Translations under genes and position numbers: made by a program
Part shown: positions 42,071 to 55,656 of the stretch, one piece after another
How the letters are laid out: every line of letters begins with the position of its first letter
Position numbering within the stretch: the first letter of the stretch is position 1
DNA from: Eledone cirrhosa
Lineage: Eukaryota
Direction: 5' to 3'
DNA length: 64,000 nucleotides
Assembly: GCA_964016885.1 (NCBI GenBank)
Contig: OZ024745.1
Coordinates: 10,106,001-10,170,000 of the forward strand
Notes under the pieces: model-generated
The model's input: the letters and a program-made list of their open reading frames with translations, nothing else
The model's database searches: none
What the model was told of the DNA's origin: nothing

Positions 42071-42175
42071 ATAGATGATAGATAGATAGGTAGATATATA
42101 AGTAGATAGATATATAGGTAGATATATAGATAGATAGATAGATACATAGATAGGTAGGTATATAGATAGATAGTA
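42071..42175. repeat. (GATA/TAGA)n microsatellite
   Basis: Visible tract. Confidence 0.9.
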
Positions 42176-42704
42176 TGTGATTATTGCTTCAATTAAAGTT
42201 CCTTTCAAACTTCAGAGCAAAATGAAGGAATCATTAAGAACTTATAGTATAAGACAACATTATTTTTCATTTTCAATGACGCAGCTGCAGCAGCTGCTCC
42301 ACAAGTTTTATATTTGCACAAAAATGACAAATTTGGAAAAAGAAATTAATAATTCCAGCTGGTTAACACTAAAGTAGAAGCCATATAAATGATAGTGTGA
42401 TAGATTTGGAAAATATTGCTCACAATTAATGCTGTGAAATTTTACACACAGACACTCACACAACATACAGCTAGTTAAATTTAGTAATACAATTGGTTTT
42501 AATTCACCAGTTAAAAATAGTTTATTTCTATAACAATAATACACCTAGAAAAAGGCATGAACATCACACATGCACACTCATTTCTCCTTATCTCATCTTA
42601 AATTTCAGAGTTGGTGTCATTGCAAGAAATCATTATAATAGCAGCCATTTGTGGTTTATGACTAAACCACAAAATATTTCTGGTATTAAATACAGAAGGT
42701 CAAT

Positions 42705-42905
42705 GGATTGGCAATAGAATCAGTAGAGCATCAGATAACATGTTTCGTAGCATCGAGTTACGTCCCTTTACATTCTGAGTTCAACTCCCACCAAGGTTAG
42801 TTTTGCCCTTCATCTTTACGGGGTTGATAAAATACCAGTAAGGTACTGGGGGTGATTTATACCCCCTCCCCCTTCAAATTGCTAGCCTTGTACCAAATGT
42901 AGAAA
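42705..42905 (+). mobile_element. tRNA-derived SINE copy
   Basis: ttctgagttcaa (B-box-like)...ttttgcccttcatc..ggggttgataaaataccagt..gtactgggg; same family recurs at 43255-43440 (-), 40250-40385 and 61862-62490. Confidence 0.65.
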
Positions 42906-43254
42906 CAGTTATTAAATACATAAATACTATCAACAGAGTTTATTGCCAGAACTGGTAAAATGCTGACCAAAATACCTCATGTATTTTTTTTCTTCATTAA
43001 ATCAGTTCTTTAAATTCTGAGTTGAAAAGCTGCTAGAGTTGACTTTCTTGCTTAACCTTCCAAAGCTGATAGAATATGTAGTTGTGTGTTAGCTAAAGGT
43101 TCTCCCAGTTTTATGAGACAAGGTAAGCTGCTTTTCAAGTGAAATAAAGTGTCTTGTTCAGGGACACAACACTTCGCCGAGCCCAGGAAATTCACGACCA
43201 TGAGTGTAACACCCTAACCACTAAGACACATACCTTTATAAAAAGTGCAATAAT

Positions 43255-43440
43255 AATTGTTTCTACTTTTGGCACAAGACCAGCAATTATCTCAGTGTAT
43301 TACAGTTACTTTATTTTATCAACCCCACAAGGATGAAAGGCAAAGTTAACCTCGACAGGATTTGAACTTAGAATGTAAAGGGCCGTAACTCTATGCTGCA
43401 AAGCATGGCACTCTACCGATTCTGCCAATCCACCACCTAA
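43255..43440 (-). mobile_element. tRNA-derived SINE copy (reverse)
   Basis: tactttattttatcaacccc..aggatgaaaggcaaagttaacctc..ggatttgaactta is the reverse complement of the SINE core. Confidence 0.65.
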
Positions 43441-43665
43441 ATTGCCTTAATAATATATGAAAAATAGGTTTTGGTTATAGAGAATGTGATGTAGGGTAAG
43501 TTCCAGTGGAAATCTATATTACTGGAGCTGTTACCTCCTTGTAGAGGTCAGTCCACCAAACCACAGCAACACCCCTTTCTCAATTTAGTTCAACGATGAT
43601 GTCACTGGTAGTATATGTGTTAAAGTGGGTGGATTCTGTGTTAGAGATATCAAAGTTAGTGACTT

Positions 43666-46600
43666 AACTATGATATCCTCTATACTGTCTCTAGTATTAG
43701 ATATATCAACTATATCCTCTTTACTGTCTCTAGTATTAGATATAACTATGATATCCTCTATACTGTCTCTAGTATTAGATATATCAACTATATCCTCTTT
43801 ACTGTCTCTAGTATTAGATATAACTATGATATCCTCTATACTGTCTCTAGTATTAGATATATCAACTATATCCTCTTTACTGTCTCTAGTATTAGATATA
43901 ACTATGATATCCTCTATACTGTCTCTAGTATTAGATATATCAACTATGATATCCTCTATACTGTCTCTAGTATTAGATATAACTATGATATCCTCTATAC
44001 TGTCTCTAGTATTAGATATATCAACTATGATATCCTCTATACTGTCTCTAGTATTAGATATAACTATGATATCCTCTATACTGTCTCTAGTATTAGATAT
44101 ATCAACTATATCCTCTTTACTGTCTCTAGTATTAGATATAACTATGATATCCTCTATACTGTCTCTAGTATTAGATATATCAACTATGATATCCTCTATA
44201 CTGTCTCTAGTATTAGATATAACTATGATATCCTCTATACTGTCTCTAGTATTAGATATATCAACTATGATATCCTCTATACTGTCTCTAGTATTAGATA
44301 TAACTATGATATCCTCTATACTGTCTCTAGTATTAGATATATCAACTATATCCTCTTTACTGTCTCTAGTATTAGATATAACTATGATATCCTCTATACT
44401 GTCTCTAGTATTAGATATATCAACTATGATATCCTCTATACTGTCTCTAGTATTAGATATAACTATGATATCCTCTATACTGTCTCTAGTATTAGATATA
44501 TCAACTATGATATCCTCTATACTGTCTCTAGTATTAGATATAACTATGATATCCTCTATACTGTCTCTAGTATTAGATATATCAACTATATCCTCTTTAC
44601 TGTCTCTAGTATTAGATATAACTATGATATCCTCTATACTGTCTCTAGTATTAGATATATCAACTATGATATCCTCTATACTGTCTCTAGTATTAGATAT
44701 AACTATGATATCCTCTATACTGTCTCTAGTATTAGATATATCAACTATGATATCCTCTATACTGTCTCTAGTATTAGATATAACTATGATATCCTCTATA
44801 CTGTCTCTAGTATTAGATATATCAACTATATCCTCTTTACTGTCTCTAGTATTAGATATAACTATGATATCCTCTATACTGTCTCTAGTATTAGATATAT
44901 CAACTATGATATCCTCTATACTGTCTCTAGTATTAGATATAACTATGATATCCTCTATACTGTCTCTAGTATTAGATATATCAACTATGATATCCTCTAT
45001 ACTGTCTCTAGTATTAGATATAACTATATCCTCTATACTGTCTCTAGTATTAGATATATCAACTATATCCTCTTTACTGTCTCTAGTATTAGATATAACT
45101 ATGATATCCTCTATACTGTCTCTAGTATTAGATATATCAACTATGATATCCTCTATACTGTCTCTAGTATTAGATATAACTATGATATCCTCTATACTGT
45201 CTCTAGTATTAGATATATCAACTATGATATCCTCTATACTGTCTCTAGTATTAGATATAACTATGATATCCTCTATACTGTCTCTAGTATTAGATATATC
45301 AACTATGATATCCTCTATACTGTCTCTAGTATTAGATATAACTATGATATCCTCTATACTGTCTCTAGTATTAGATATAACTATGATATCCACTATACTG
45401 TCTCTAGTATTAGATATATCAACTATGATATCCTCTATACTCTCTCTAGTATTAGATATAACTGATATCCTCTATACTGTCTCTAGTATTAGATATAACT
45501 ATGATATCCACTATACTGTCTCTAGTATTAGATATATCAACTATGATATCCTCTATACTCTCTCTAGTATTAGATATAACTATGATATCCTCTATACTGT
45601 CTCTAGTATTAGATATATCAACTATGATATCCTCTATACTGTCTCGAGTATTAGATATATCAACTATGATATCCTCTATACTGTCTCTAGTATTAGATAT
45701 AACTATGATATCCTCTATACTGTCTCTAGTATTAGATATATCAACTATGATATCCTCTATACTGTCTCTAGTATTAGATATAACTATATCCTCTATACTG
45801 TCTCTAGTATTAGATATATCAACTATGATATCCTCTATACTGTCTCGAGTATTAGATATATCAACTATGATATCCTCTATACTGTCTCTAGTATTAGATA
45901 TATCAACTATAATATCCTCTTTACTGTCTCTAGTATTAGATATATCAACTATGATATCCTCTATACTGTCTCTAGTATTAGATATATCAACTATATCCTC
46001 TATACTGTCTCTAGTATTAGATATATCAACTATGATATGCTCTATACTCTCTCTAGTATTAGATATAACTATGATATCCAGTATACTGTCTCTAGTATTA
46101 GATATATCAACTATGATATCCTCTATACTCTCTCTAGTATTAGATATAACTATGATATCCTCTATACTGTCTCTAGTATTAGATATATCAACTATGATAT
46201 TCTCTATACTCTCTCTAGTATTAGATATAACTATGATATCCTCTATACAGTCTCTAGTATTAGATATATCAACTATAATATCCTCTTTACTGTCTCTAGT
46301 ATTAGATATATCAACTATGATATCCTCTATACTGTCTCTAGTATTAGATATATCAACTATGATATCCTCTTTACTGTCTCTAGTATTAGATATATCAACT
46401 ATGATATCCTCTATACTGTCTCTAGTATTAGATATAACTATGATATCCTCTATACAGTCTCTAGTATTAGATATAACTATGATATCCTCTATACAGTCTC
46501 TAGTATTAGATATAACTATGATATCCTCTATACTGTCTCTAGTATTAGATATATCAACTATGATATCCTCTATACTGTCTCTAGTATTAGATATAACTAT

Positions 46601-48935
46601 GATATCCTCTATACTGTCTCTAGTATTAGATATATCAACTATGATATCCTCTATACTGTCTCTAGTATTAGATATAACTATGATATCCTCTATACTGTCT
46701 CTAGTATTAGATATAACTATGATATCCACTATACTGTCTCTAGTATTAGATATATCAACTATGATATCCTCTATACTCTCTCTAGTATTAGATATAACTA
46801 TGATATCCTCTATACTGTCTCTAGTATTAGATATATCAACTATGATATCCTCTATACTGTCTCGAGTATTAGATATATCAACTATGATATCCTCTATACT
46901 GTCTCTAGTATTAGATATAACTATGATATCCTCTATACTGTCTCTAGTATTAGATATATCAACTATGATATCCTCTATACTGTCTCTAGTATTAGATATA
47001 ACTATGATATCCTCTATACTGTCTCTAGTATTAGATATATCAACTATGATATCCTCTATACTGTCTCGAGTATTAGATATATCAACTATGATATCCTCTA
47101 TACTGTCTCTAGTATTAGATATATCAACTATAATATCCTCTTTACTGTCTCTAGTATTAGATATATCAACTATGATATCCTCTATACTGTCTCTAGTATT
47201 AGATATATCAACTATATCCTCTATACTGTCTCTAGTATTAGATATATCAACTATGATATGCTCTATACTCTCTCTAGTATTAGATATAACTATGATATCC
47301 AGTATACTGTCTCTAGTATTAGATATATCAACTATGATATCCTCTATACTCTCTCTAGTATTAGATATAACTATGATATCCTCTATACTGTCTCTAGTAT
47401 TAGATATATCAACTATGATATTCTCTATACTCTCTCTAGTATTAGATATAACTATGATATCCTCTATACAGTCTCTAGTATTAGATATATCAACTATAAT
47501 ATCCTCTTTACTGTCTCTAGTATTAGATATATCAACTATGATATCCTCTATACTGTCTCTAGTATTAGATATATCAACTATGATATCCTCTTTACTGTCT
47601 CTAGTATTAGATATATCAACTATGATATCCTCTATACTGTCTCTAGTATTAGATATAACTATGATATCCTCTATACAGTCTCTAGTATTAGATATAACTA
47701 TGATATCCTCTATACAGTCTCTAGTATTAGATATAACTATGATATCCTCTATACTGTCTCTAGTATTAGATATATCAACTATGATATCCTCTATACTGTC
47801 TCTAGTATTAGATATAACTATGATATCCTCTATACTGTCTCTAGTATTAGATATATCAACTATGATATCCTCTTTACTGTCTTTAGTATTAGATATATCA
47901 ACTATGATATCCTCTTTACTGTCTCTAGTATTAGATATATCAACTATGATATCCTCTATACTCTCTCTAGTATTAGATATATCAACTATGATATCCTCTA
48001 TACTGTCTCTAGTATTAGATATAACTATGATATCCTCTATACTGTCTCTAGTATTAGATATATCAACTATGATATCCTCTTTACTGTCTCTAGTATTAGA
48101 TATATCAACTATGATATCCTCTTTACTGTCTCTAGTATTAGATATATCAACTATGATATCCTCTATACTGTCTCTAGTATTAGATATATCAACTATGATA
48201 TCCTCTATACTCTCTCTAGTATTAGATATATCAACTATGATATCCTCTATACTGTCTCTAGTATTAGATATATCAACTATGATATCCTCTATACTGTCTC
48301 TAGTATTAGATATAACTATGATATCCTCTATACTGTCTCTAGTATTAGATATATCAACTATGATATCCTCTATACTGTCTCTAGTATTAGATATAACTAT
48401 GATATCCTCTATACAGTCTCTAGTATTAGATATATCAACTATGATATCCTCTATACTGTCTCGGGTATTAGATATATCAACTATGATATCCTCTATACTC
48501 TCTCTAGTATTAGATATATCAACTATGATATCCTCTATACTGTCTCTAGTATTAGATATATCAACTATGATATCCTCTATACTGTCTCAAGTATTAGATA
48601 TATCAACTATGATATCCTCTATACTGTCTCTAGTATTAGATATATCAACTATGATATCCTCTATACTGTCTCTAGTATTAGATATATCAACTATGATATC
48701 CTCTATACTGTCTCTAGTATTAGATATATCAACTATGATATCCTCTATACTGTCTCAAGTATTAGATATATCAACTATGATATCCTCTATACTGTCTCTA
48801 GTATTAGATATATCAACTATGATATCCTCTATACTGTCTCTAGTATTAGATATATCAACTATGATATCCTCTATACTCTCTCTAGTATTAGATATATCAA
48901 CTATAATATCCTCTATACTGTCTCTAGTATTAGAT
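43666..48935. repeat. 39/42-bp satellite (aactatgatatcctctatactgtctctagtattagatat[atc]), ~130 units, with a 240-bp hexamer HOR and a ~1.22-kb block duplication
   Basis: Lines at 43861/44101/44341/44581/44821 are identical (period 240); rare variants recur at 45508/46726 and 46039/47260. Confidence 0.98.
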
Positions 48936-48951
48936 GTGTTATCTCTCTTAC

Positions 48952-49035
48952 CTTTATCTTGTCAGTTAAACGTTGTTCTTTGTTTTCCAGTGTCTTCTTG
49001 TTACTTTCTATTCCTTCCAACTCATTTTCCAGATT
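48952..49035 (-). CDS. Internal coding exon C (84 nt, phase 0/0): NLENELEGIESNKKTLENKEQRLTDKIK
   Basis: Acceptor ccctgtttcag|AAT, donor AAG|gtaaga; stop-free 28-aa repeat. Confidence 0.9.
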
Positions 49036-49088
49036 CTGAAACAGGGAAAATATTTTGTAACATAAAAAAAAAAATTCCTTTCAACATT

Positions 49089-52000
49089 GACATTAGGAAG
49101 GACAGCCAGCTGTAGAAACCTGTCTCCCAGTCCACACTGTAGTGTGGTTGGTGTTAGGAAGGACAGCCAGCTGTAGATACCTGTCTCCCAGTCCACACTG
49201 TAGTGTGGTTGGTGTTAGGAAGGACAGCCAGCTGTAGAAACCTGTCTCCCAGTCCACACTGTAGTGTGGTTGGTGTTAGGAAGGACAGCCAGCTGTAGAT
49301 ACCTTTCTCCCAGTCCACACTGTAGTGCGGTTGGTGTTAGGAAGGACAGCCAGCTGTAGATACCTGTCTCCCAGTCCACACTGTAGTGTGGTTGGTGTTA
49401 GCAAGGACAGCCAGCTGTAGATACCTGTCTCCCAGTCCACACTGTAGTGTGGTTGGTGTTAGGAAGGACAGCCAGCTGTAGATACCTTTCTCCCAGTCCA
49501 CACTGTAGTGTGGTTGGTGTTAGGAAGGACAGCCAGCTGTAGATACCTTTCTCCCAGTCCACACTGTAGTGTGGTTGGCGTTAGGAAGGACAGCCAGCTG
49601 TAGATACCTTTCTCCCAGTCCACACTGTAGTGTGGTTGGCGTTAGGAAGGACAGCCAGCTGTAGATACCTTTCTCCCAGTCCACACTGTAGTGTGGTTGG
49701 TGTTAGGAAGGACAGCCAGCTGTAGATACCTGTCTCCCAGTCCACACTGTAGTGCGGTTGGTGTTAGGAAGGACAGCCAGCTGTAGATACCTGTCTCCCA
49801 GTCCACACTGTAGTGTGGTTGGTGTTAGGAAGGACAGCCAGCTGTAGATACCTGTCTCCCAGTCCACACTGTAGTGCGGTTGGTGTTAGGAAGGACAGCC
49901 AGCTGTAGATACCTGTCTCCCAGTCCACACTGTAGTGTGGTTGGTGTTAGGAAGGACAGCCAGCTGTAGATACCTGTCTCCCAGTCCACACTGTAGTGTG
50001 GTTGGTGTTAGGAAGGACAGCCAGCTGTAGATACCTGTCTCCCAGTCCACACTGTAGTGTGGTTGGTGTTAGGAAGGACAGCCAGCTGTAGATACCTGTC
50101 TCCCAGTCCACACTGTAGTGCGGTTGGTGTTAGGAAGGACAGCCAGCTATAGATACCTGTCTCCCAGTCCACACTGTTGTGTGGTTGGTGTTAGGAAGGA
50201 CAGCCAGCTATAGATACCTGTCTCCCAGTCCACACTGTAGTGTGGTTGGTGTTAGGAAGGACAGCCAGCTGTAGATACCTTTCTCCCAGTCCACACTGTA
50301 GTGTGGTTGGTGTTAGGAAGGACAGCCAGCTGTAGATACCTGTCTCACAGTCCACACTGTAGTGCGGTTGGTGTTAGGAAGGACAGCCAGCTATAGATAC
50401 CTGTCTCCCAGTCCACACTGTAGTGTGGTTGGTGTTAGGTAGGACAGCCAGCTGTAGAAACCTGTCTCCCAGTCAACACTGTTGTGTGGTTGGTGTTAGG
50501 AAGGACAGCCAGCTATAGATACCTGTCTCCCAGTCCACACTGTAATGTGGTTGGTGTTAGGAAGGAAAGCCAGCTATAGATACCTGTCTCCCAGTCCACA
50601 CTGTAGTGCGGTTGGTGTTAGGAAGGACAGCCAGCTATAGATACCTGTCTCCCAGTCCACACTGTAGTGCGGTTGGTGTTAGGAAGGACAGCCAGCTGTA
50701 GATACCTGTCTCCCAGTCCACACTGTAGTGCGGTTGGTGTTAGGAAGGACAGCCAGCTATAGATACCTGTCTCCCAGTCCACACTGTAGTGTGGTTGGTG
50801 TTAGGTAGGACAGCCAGCTGTAGAAACCTGTCTCCCAGTCAACACTGTTGTGTGGTTGGTGTTAGGAAGGACAGCCAGCTATAGATACCTGTCTCCCAGT
50901 CCACACTGTAATGTGGTTGGTGTTAGGAAGGAAAGCCAGCTATAGATACCTGTCTCCCAGTCCACACTGTTGTGTGGTTGGTGTTAGGAAGGAAAGCCAG
51001 CTATAGATACCTGTCTCCCAGTCCACACTGTTGTGTGGTTGGTGTTAGGAAGGACAGCCAGCTATAGATACCTGTCTCCCAGTCCACACTGTAGTGTGGT
51101 TGGTGTTAGGAAGGACAGCCAGCTGTAGATACCTGTCTCCCAGTCCACACTGTAGTGTGGTTGGTGTTAGGAAGGACAGCCAGCTGTAGATACCTGTCTC
51201 CCAGTCCACACTGTTGTGTGGTTGGTGTTAGGAAGGACAGCCAGCTGTAGATACCTGTCTCCCAGTCCACACTGTAATGTGGTTGGTGTTAGGAAGGACA
51301 GCCAGCTGTAGATACCTGTCTCCCAGTCCACACTGTAATGTGGTTGGTGTTAGGAAGGACAGCCAGCTGTAGATACCTGTCTCCCAGTCCACACTGTAGT
51401 GTGGTTGGTGTTAGGAAGGACAGCCAGCTGTAGATACCTGTCTCCCAGTCCACACTGTAGTGCGGTTGGTGTTAGGAAGGACAGCCAGCTATAGATACCT
51501 GTCTCCCAGTCCACACTGTTGTGTGGTTGGTGTTAGGAAGGACAGCCAGCTATAGATACCTGTCTCCCAGTCCACACTGTAGTGTGGTTGGTGTTAGGAA
51601 GGACAGCCAGCTGTAGATACCTGTCTCCCAGTCCACACTGTAGTGCGGTTGGTGTTAGGAAGGACAGCCAGCTATAGATACCTGTCTCCCAGTCCACACT
51701 GTAGTGTGGTTGGTGTTAGGTAGGACAGCCAGCTGTAGAAACCTGTCTCCCAGTCAACACTGTTGTGTGGTTGGTGTTAGGAAGGACAGCCAGCTATAGA
51801 TACCTGTCTCCCAGTCCACACTGTAATGTGGTTGGTGTTAGGAAGGAAAGCCAGCTATAGATACCTGTCTCCCAGTCCACACTGTTGTGTGGTTGGTGTT
51901 AGGAAGGAAAGCCAGCTATAGATACCTGTCTCCCAGTCCACACTGTTGTGTGGTTGGTGTTAGGAAGGACAGCCAGCTATAGATACCTGTCTCCCAGTCC

Positions 52001-55000
52001 ACACTGTAGTGTGGTTGGTGTTAGGAAGGACAGCCAGCTGTAGATACCTGTCTCCCAGTCCACACTGTAGTGTGGTTGGTGTTAGGAAGGACAGCCAGCT
52101 GTAGATACCTGTCTCCCAGTCCACACTGTTGTGTGGTTGGTGTTAGGAAGGACAGCCAGCTGTAGATACCTGTCTCCCAGTCCACACTGTAATGTGGTTG
52201 GTGTTAGGAAGGACAGCCAGCTGTAGATACCTGTCTCCCAGTCCACACTGTAATGTGGTTGGTGTTAGGAAGGACAGCCAGCTGTAGATACCTGTCTCCC
52301 AGTCCACACTGTAGTGTGGTTGGTGTTAGGAAGGACAGCCAGCTGTAGATACATTTCTCCCAGTCCACACTGTAGTGTGGTTGGTGTTAGGAAGGACAGC
52401 CAGCTGTAGATACCTGTCTCCCAGTCCACACTGTAATGTGGTTGGTGTTAGGAAGGACAGCCAGCTGTAGAAACCTGTCTCCCAGTCCACACTGTAGTGT
52501 GGTTGGTGTTAGGAAGGACAGCCAGCTGTAGATACCTGTCTCCCAGTCCACACTGTAGTGTGGTTGGTGTTAGGAAGGACAGCCAGCTATAGATACCTGT
52601 CTCCCAGTCCACACTGTAGTGGGGTTGGTGTTAGGAAGGACAGCCAGCTGTAGATACCTGTCTCCCAGTCCACACTGTTGTGTGGTTGGTGTTAGGAAGG
52701 ACAGCCAGCTGTAGATACCTGTCTCCCAGTCCACACTGTAGTGTGGTTGGTGTTAGGAAGGACAGCCAGCTGTAGATATCTGTCTCCCAGTCCACACTGT
52801 TGTGTGGTTGGTGTTAGGAAGGACAGCCAGCTGTAGATACCTGTCTCCCGGTCCACACTGTTGTGTGGTTGGTGTTAGGAAGGACAGCCAGCTGTAGATA
52901 CCTGTCTCCCAGTCCACACTGTAGTGTGGTTGGTGTTAGGAAGGACAGCCAGCTGTAGATACCTGTCTCCCAGTCCACACTGTAGTGTGGTTGGTGTTAG
53001 GAAGGACAGCCAGCTGTAGATACCTGTCTCCCAGTCCACACTGTAGTGTGGTTGGTGTTAGGAAGGACAGCCAGCTGTAGATACCTGTCTCCCAGTCCAC
53101 ACTGTAGTGTGGTTGGTGTTAGGAAGGACAGCCAGCTGTAGATACCTGTCTCCCAGTCCACACTGTAGTGTGGTTGGTGTTAGGAAGGGCAGCCAGCTAT
53201 AGATACCTGTCTCCCAGTCCACACTGTAATGTGGTTGGTGTTAGGAAGGACAGCCAGCTGTAGAAACCTGTCTCCCAGTCCACACTGTAATGTGGTTGGT
53301 GTTAGGAAGGACAGCCAGCTGTAGATACCTGTCTCCCAGTCCACACTGTAGTGTGGTTGGTGTTAGGAAGGACAGCCAGCTGTAGATACCTTTCTCCCAG
53401 TCCACATTGTAGTGTGGTTGGTGTTAGGAAGGACAGCCAGCTGTAGATACCTGTCTCCCAGTCCACACTGTAGTGTGGTTGGTGTTAGGAAGGACAGCCA
53501 GCTGTAGATACCTGTCTCCCAGTCCACACTGTAGTGTGGTTGGTGTTAGGAAGGACAGCCAGCTGTAGATACCTGTCTCCCAGTCCACACTGTAGTGTGG
53601 TTGGTGTTAGGAAGGACAGCCAGCTGTAGATACCTGTCTCCCAGTCCACACTGTAGTGTGGTTGGTGTTAGGAAGGACAGCCAGCTGTAGATACCTGTCT
53701 CCCAGTCCACACTGTAGTGTGGTTGGTGTTAGGAAGGACAGCCAGCTGTAGATACCTGTCTCCCAGTCCACACTGTAGTGTGGTTGGTGTTAGGAAGGGC
53801 AGCCAGCTATAGATACCTGTCTCCCAGTCCACACTGTAATGTGGTTGGTGTTAGGAAGGACAGCCAGCTGTAGAAACCTGTCTCCCAGTCCACACTGTAA
53901 TGTGGTTGGTGTTAGGAAGGACAGCCAGCTGTAGATACCTGTCTCCCAGTCCACACTGTAGTGTGGTTGGTGTTAGGAAGGACAGCCAGCTGTAGATACC
54001 TTTCTCCCAGTCCACATTGTAGTGTGGTTGGTGTTAGGAAGGACAGCCAGCTGTAGATACCTGTCTCCCAGTCCACACTGTAGTGTGGTTGGTGTTAGGA
54101 AGGACAGCCAGCTGTAGATATCTGTCTCCCAGTCCACACTGTTGTGTGGTTGGTGTTAGGAAAGACAGCCAGCTGTAGATACCTGTCTCCCAGTCCACAC
54201 TGTAGTGTGGTTGGTGTTAGGAAGGACAGCCAGCTGTAGATACCTGTCTCCCAGTCCACACTGTAGTGTGGTTGGTGTTAGGAAGGACAGCCAGCTGTAG
54301 ATACCTGTCTCCCAGTCCACACTGTAGTGTGGTTGGTGTTAGGAAGGACAGCCAGCTGTAGATACCTTTCTCCCAGTCCACATTGTAGTGTGGTTGGTGT
54401 TAGGAAGGACAGCCAGCTGTAGATACCTGTCTCCCAGTCCACACTGTAGTGTGGTTGGTGTTAGGAAGGACAGCCAGCTGTAGAAACCTGTCTCCCAGTC
54501 CACACTGTAGTGTGGTTGGTGTTAGGAAGGACAGCCAGCTGTAGATACCTGTCTCCCAGTCCACACTGTAGTGTGGTTGGTGTTAGGAAGGACAGCCAGC
54601 TGTAGATACCTGTCTCCCAGTCCACACTGTAGTGTGGTTGGTGTTAGGAAGGACAGCCAGCTGTAGAAACCTGTCTCCCAGTCCACACTGTAGTGTGGTT
54701 GGTGTTAGGAAGGACAGCCAGCTGTAGATACCTGTCTCCCAGTCCACACTGTAGTGTGGTTGGTGTTAGGAAGGACAGCCAGCTGTAGATACCTGTCTCC
54801 CAGTCCACACTGTAGTGTGGTTGGTGTTAGGAAGGACAGCCAGCTGTAGAAACCTGTCTCCCAGTCCACACTGTAGTGTGGTTGGTGTTAGGAAGGACAG
54901 CCAGCTGTAGATACCTGTCTCCCAGTCCACACTGTAGTGTGGTTGGTGTTAGGAAGGACAGCCAGCTGTAGATACCTGTCTCCCAGTCCACACTGTAGTG

Positions 55001-55452
55001 TGGTTGGTGTTAGGAAGGACAGCCAGCTATAGATACCTTTCTCCCAGTCCACACTGTAGTGTGGTTGGTGTTAGGAAGGACAGCCAGCTGTAGATACCTG
55101 TCTCCCAGTCCACACTGTAGTTGGTTGGTGTTAGGAAGGACAGCCAGCTGTAGAAACCTGTCTCCCAGTCAACACTGTAGTGTGGTTGGTGTTAGGAAGG
55201 ACAGCCAGCTGTAGATACCTTTCTCCCAGTCCACACTGTAGTGTGGTTGGTGTTAGGAAGGACAGCCAGCTGTAGAAACCTGTCTCCCAGTCAACACTGT
55301 AGTGTGGTTGGTGTTAGGAAGGACAGCCAGCTGTAGATACCTTTCTCCCAGTCCACACTGTAGTGTGGTTGGTGTTAGGAAGGACAACCAGCTGTAGATA
55401 CCTTTCTCCCAGTCCACACTGTAATGTGGTTGGTGTTAGGAAGGACAACCAG
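49089..55452. repeat. 61-bp satellite (ccagtccacactgtagtgtggttggtgttaggaaggacagccagctgtagatacctgtctc), ~104 copies
   Basis: Direct periodicity (1-nt shift per 60-nt line). Confidence 0.99.
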
Positions 55453-55572
55453 TCTTGTTTACCACCACCTTCCAGTTATTGCTGGTCCCTCTAACAATTT
55501 TGCTACAGAGGTAGGGAATATGATTTAAATGTTAAAACCTTTTAATAATGTATATACAATATCTATACTTAC

Positions 55573-55656
55573 TTTTATTTTATCAACAAGCTGTTGTTCT
55601 TTACTTTCTACAATCTTGCGGCCAGCATTAGCGTGATCAAGTTCAGTTGCTAAAGT
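55573..55656 (-). CDS. Internal coding exon B (84 nt, phase 0/0): TLATELDHANAGRKIVESKEQQLVDKIK
   Basis: Acceptor ttattacag|ACT, donor AAA|gtaagt; peptide visible inside ORF 55525..55758. Confidence 0.9.

Noticed and set aside
43585-49115. Overlapping long ORFs in three frames
   Set aside because: Satellite with unit lengths divisible by 3; overlaps a true exon on the other strand.
3292-55452. CRISPR-like arrays
   Set aside because: Units are head-to-tail with no unique spacers, there are no cas genes, and the context is eukaryotic.
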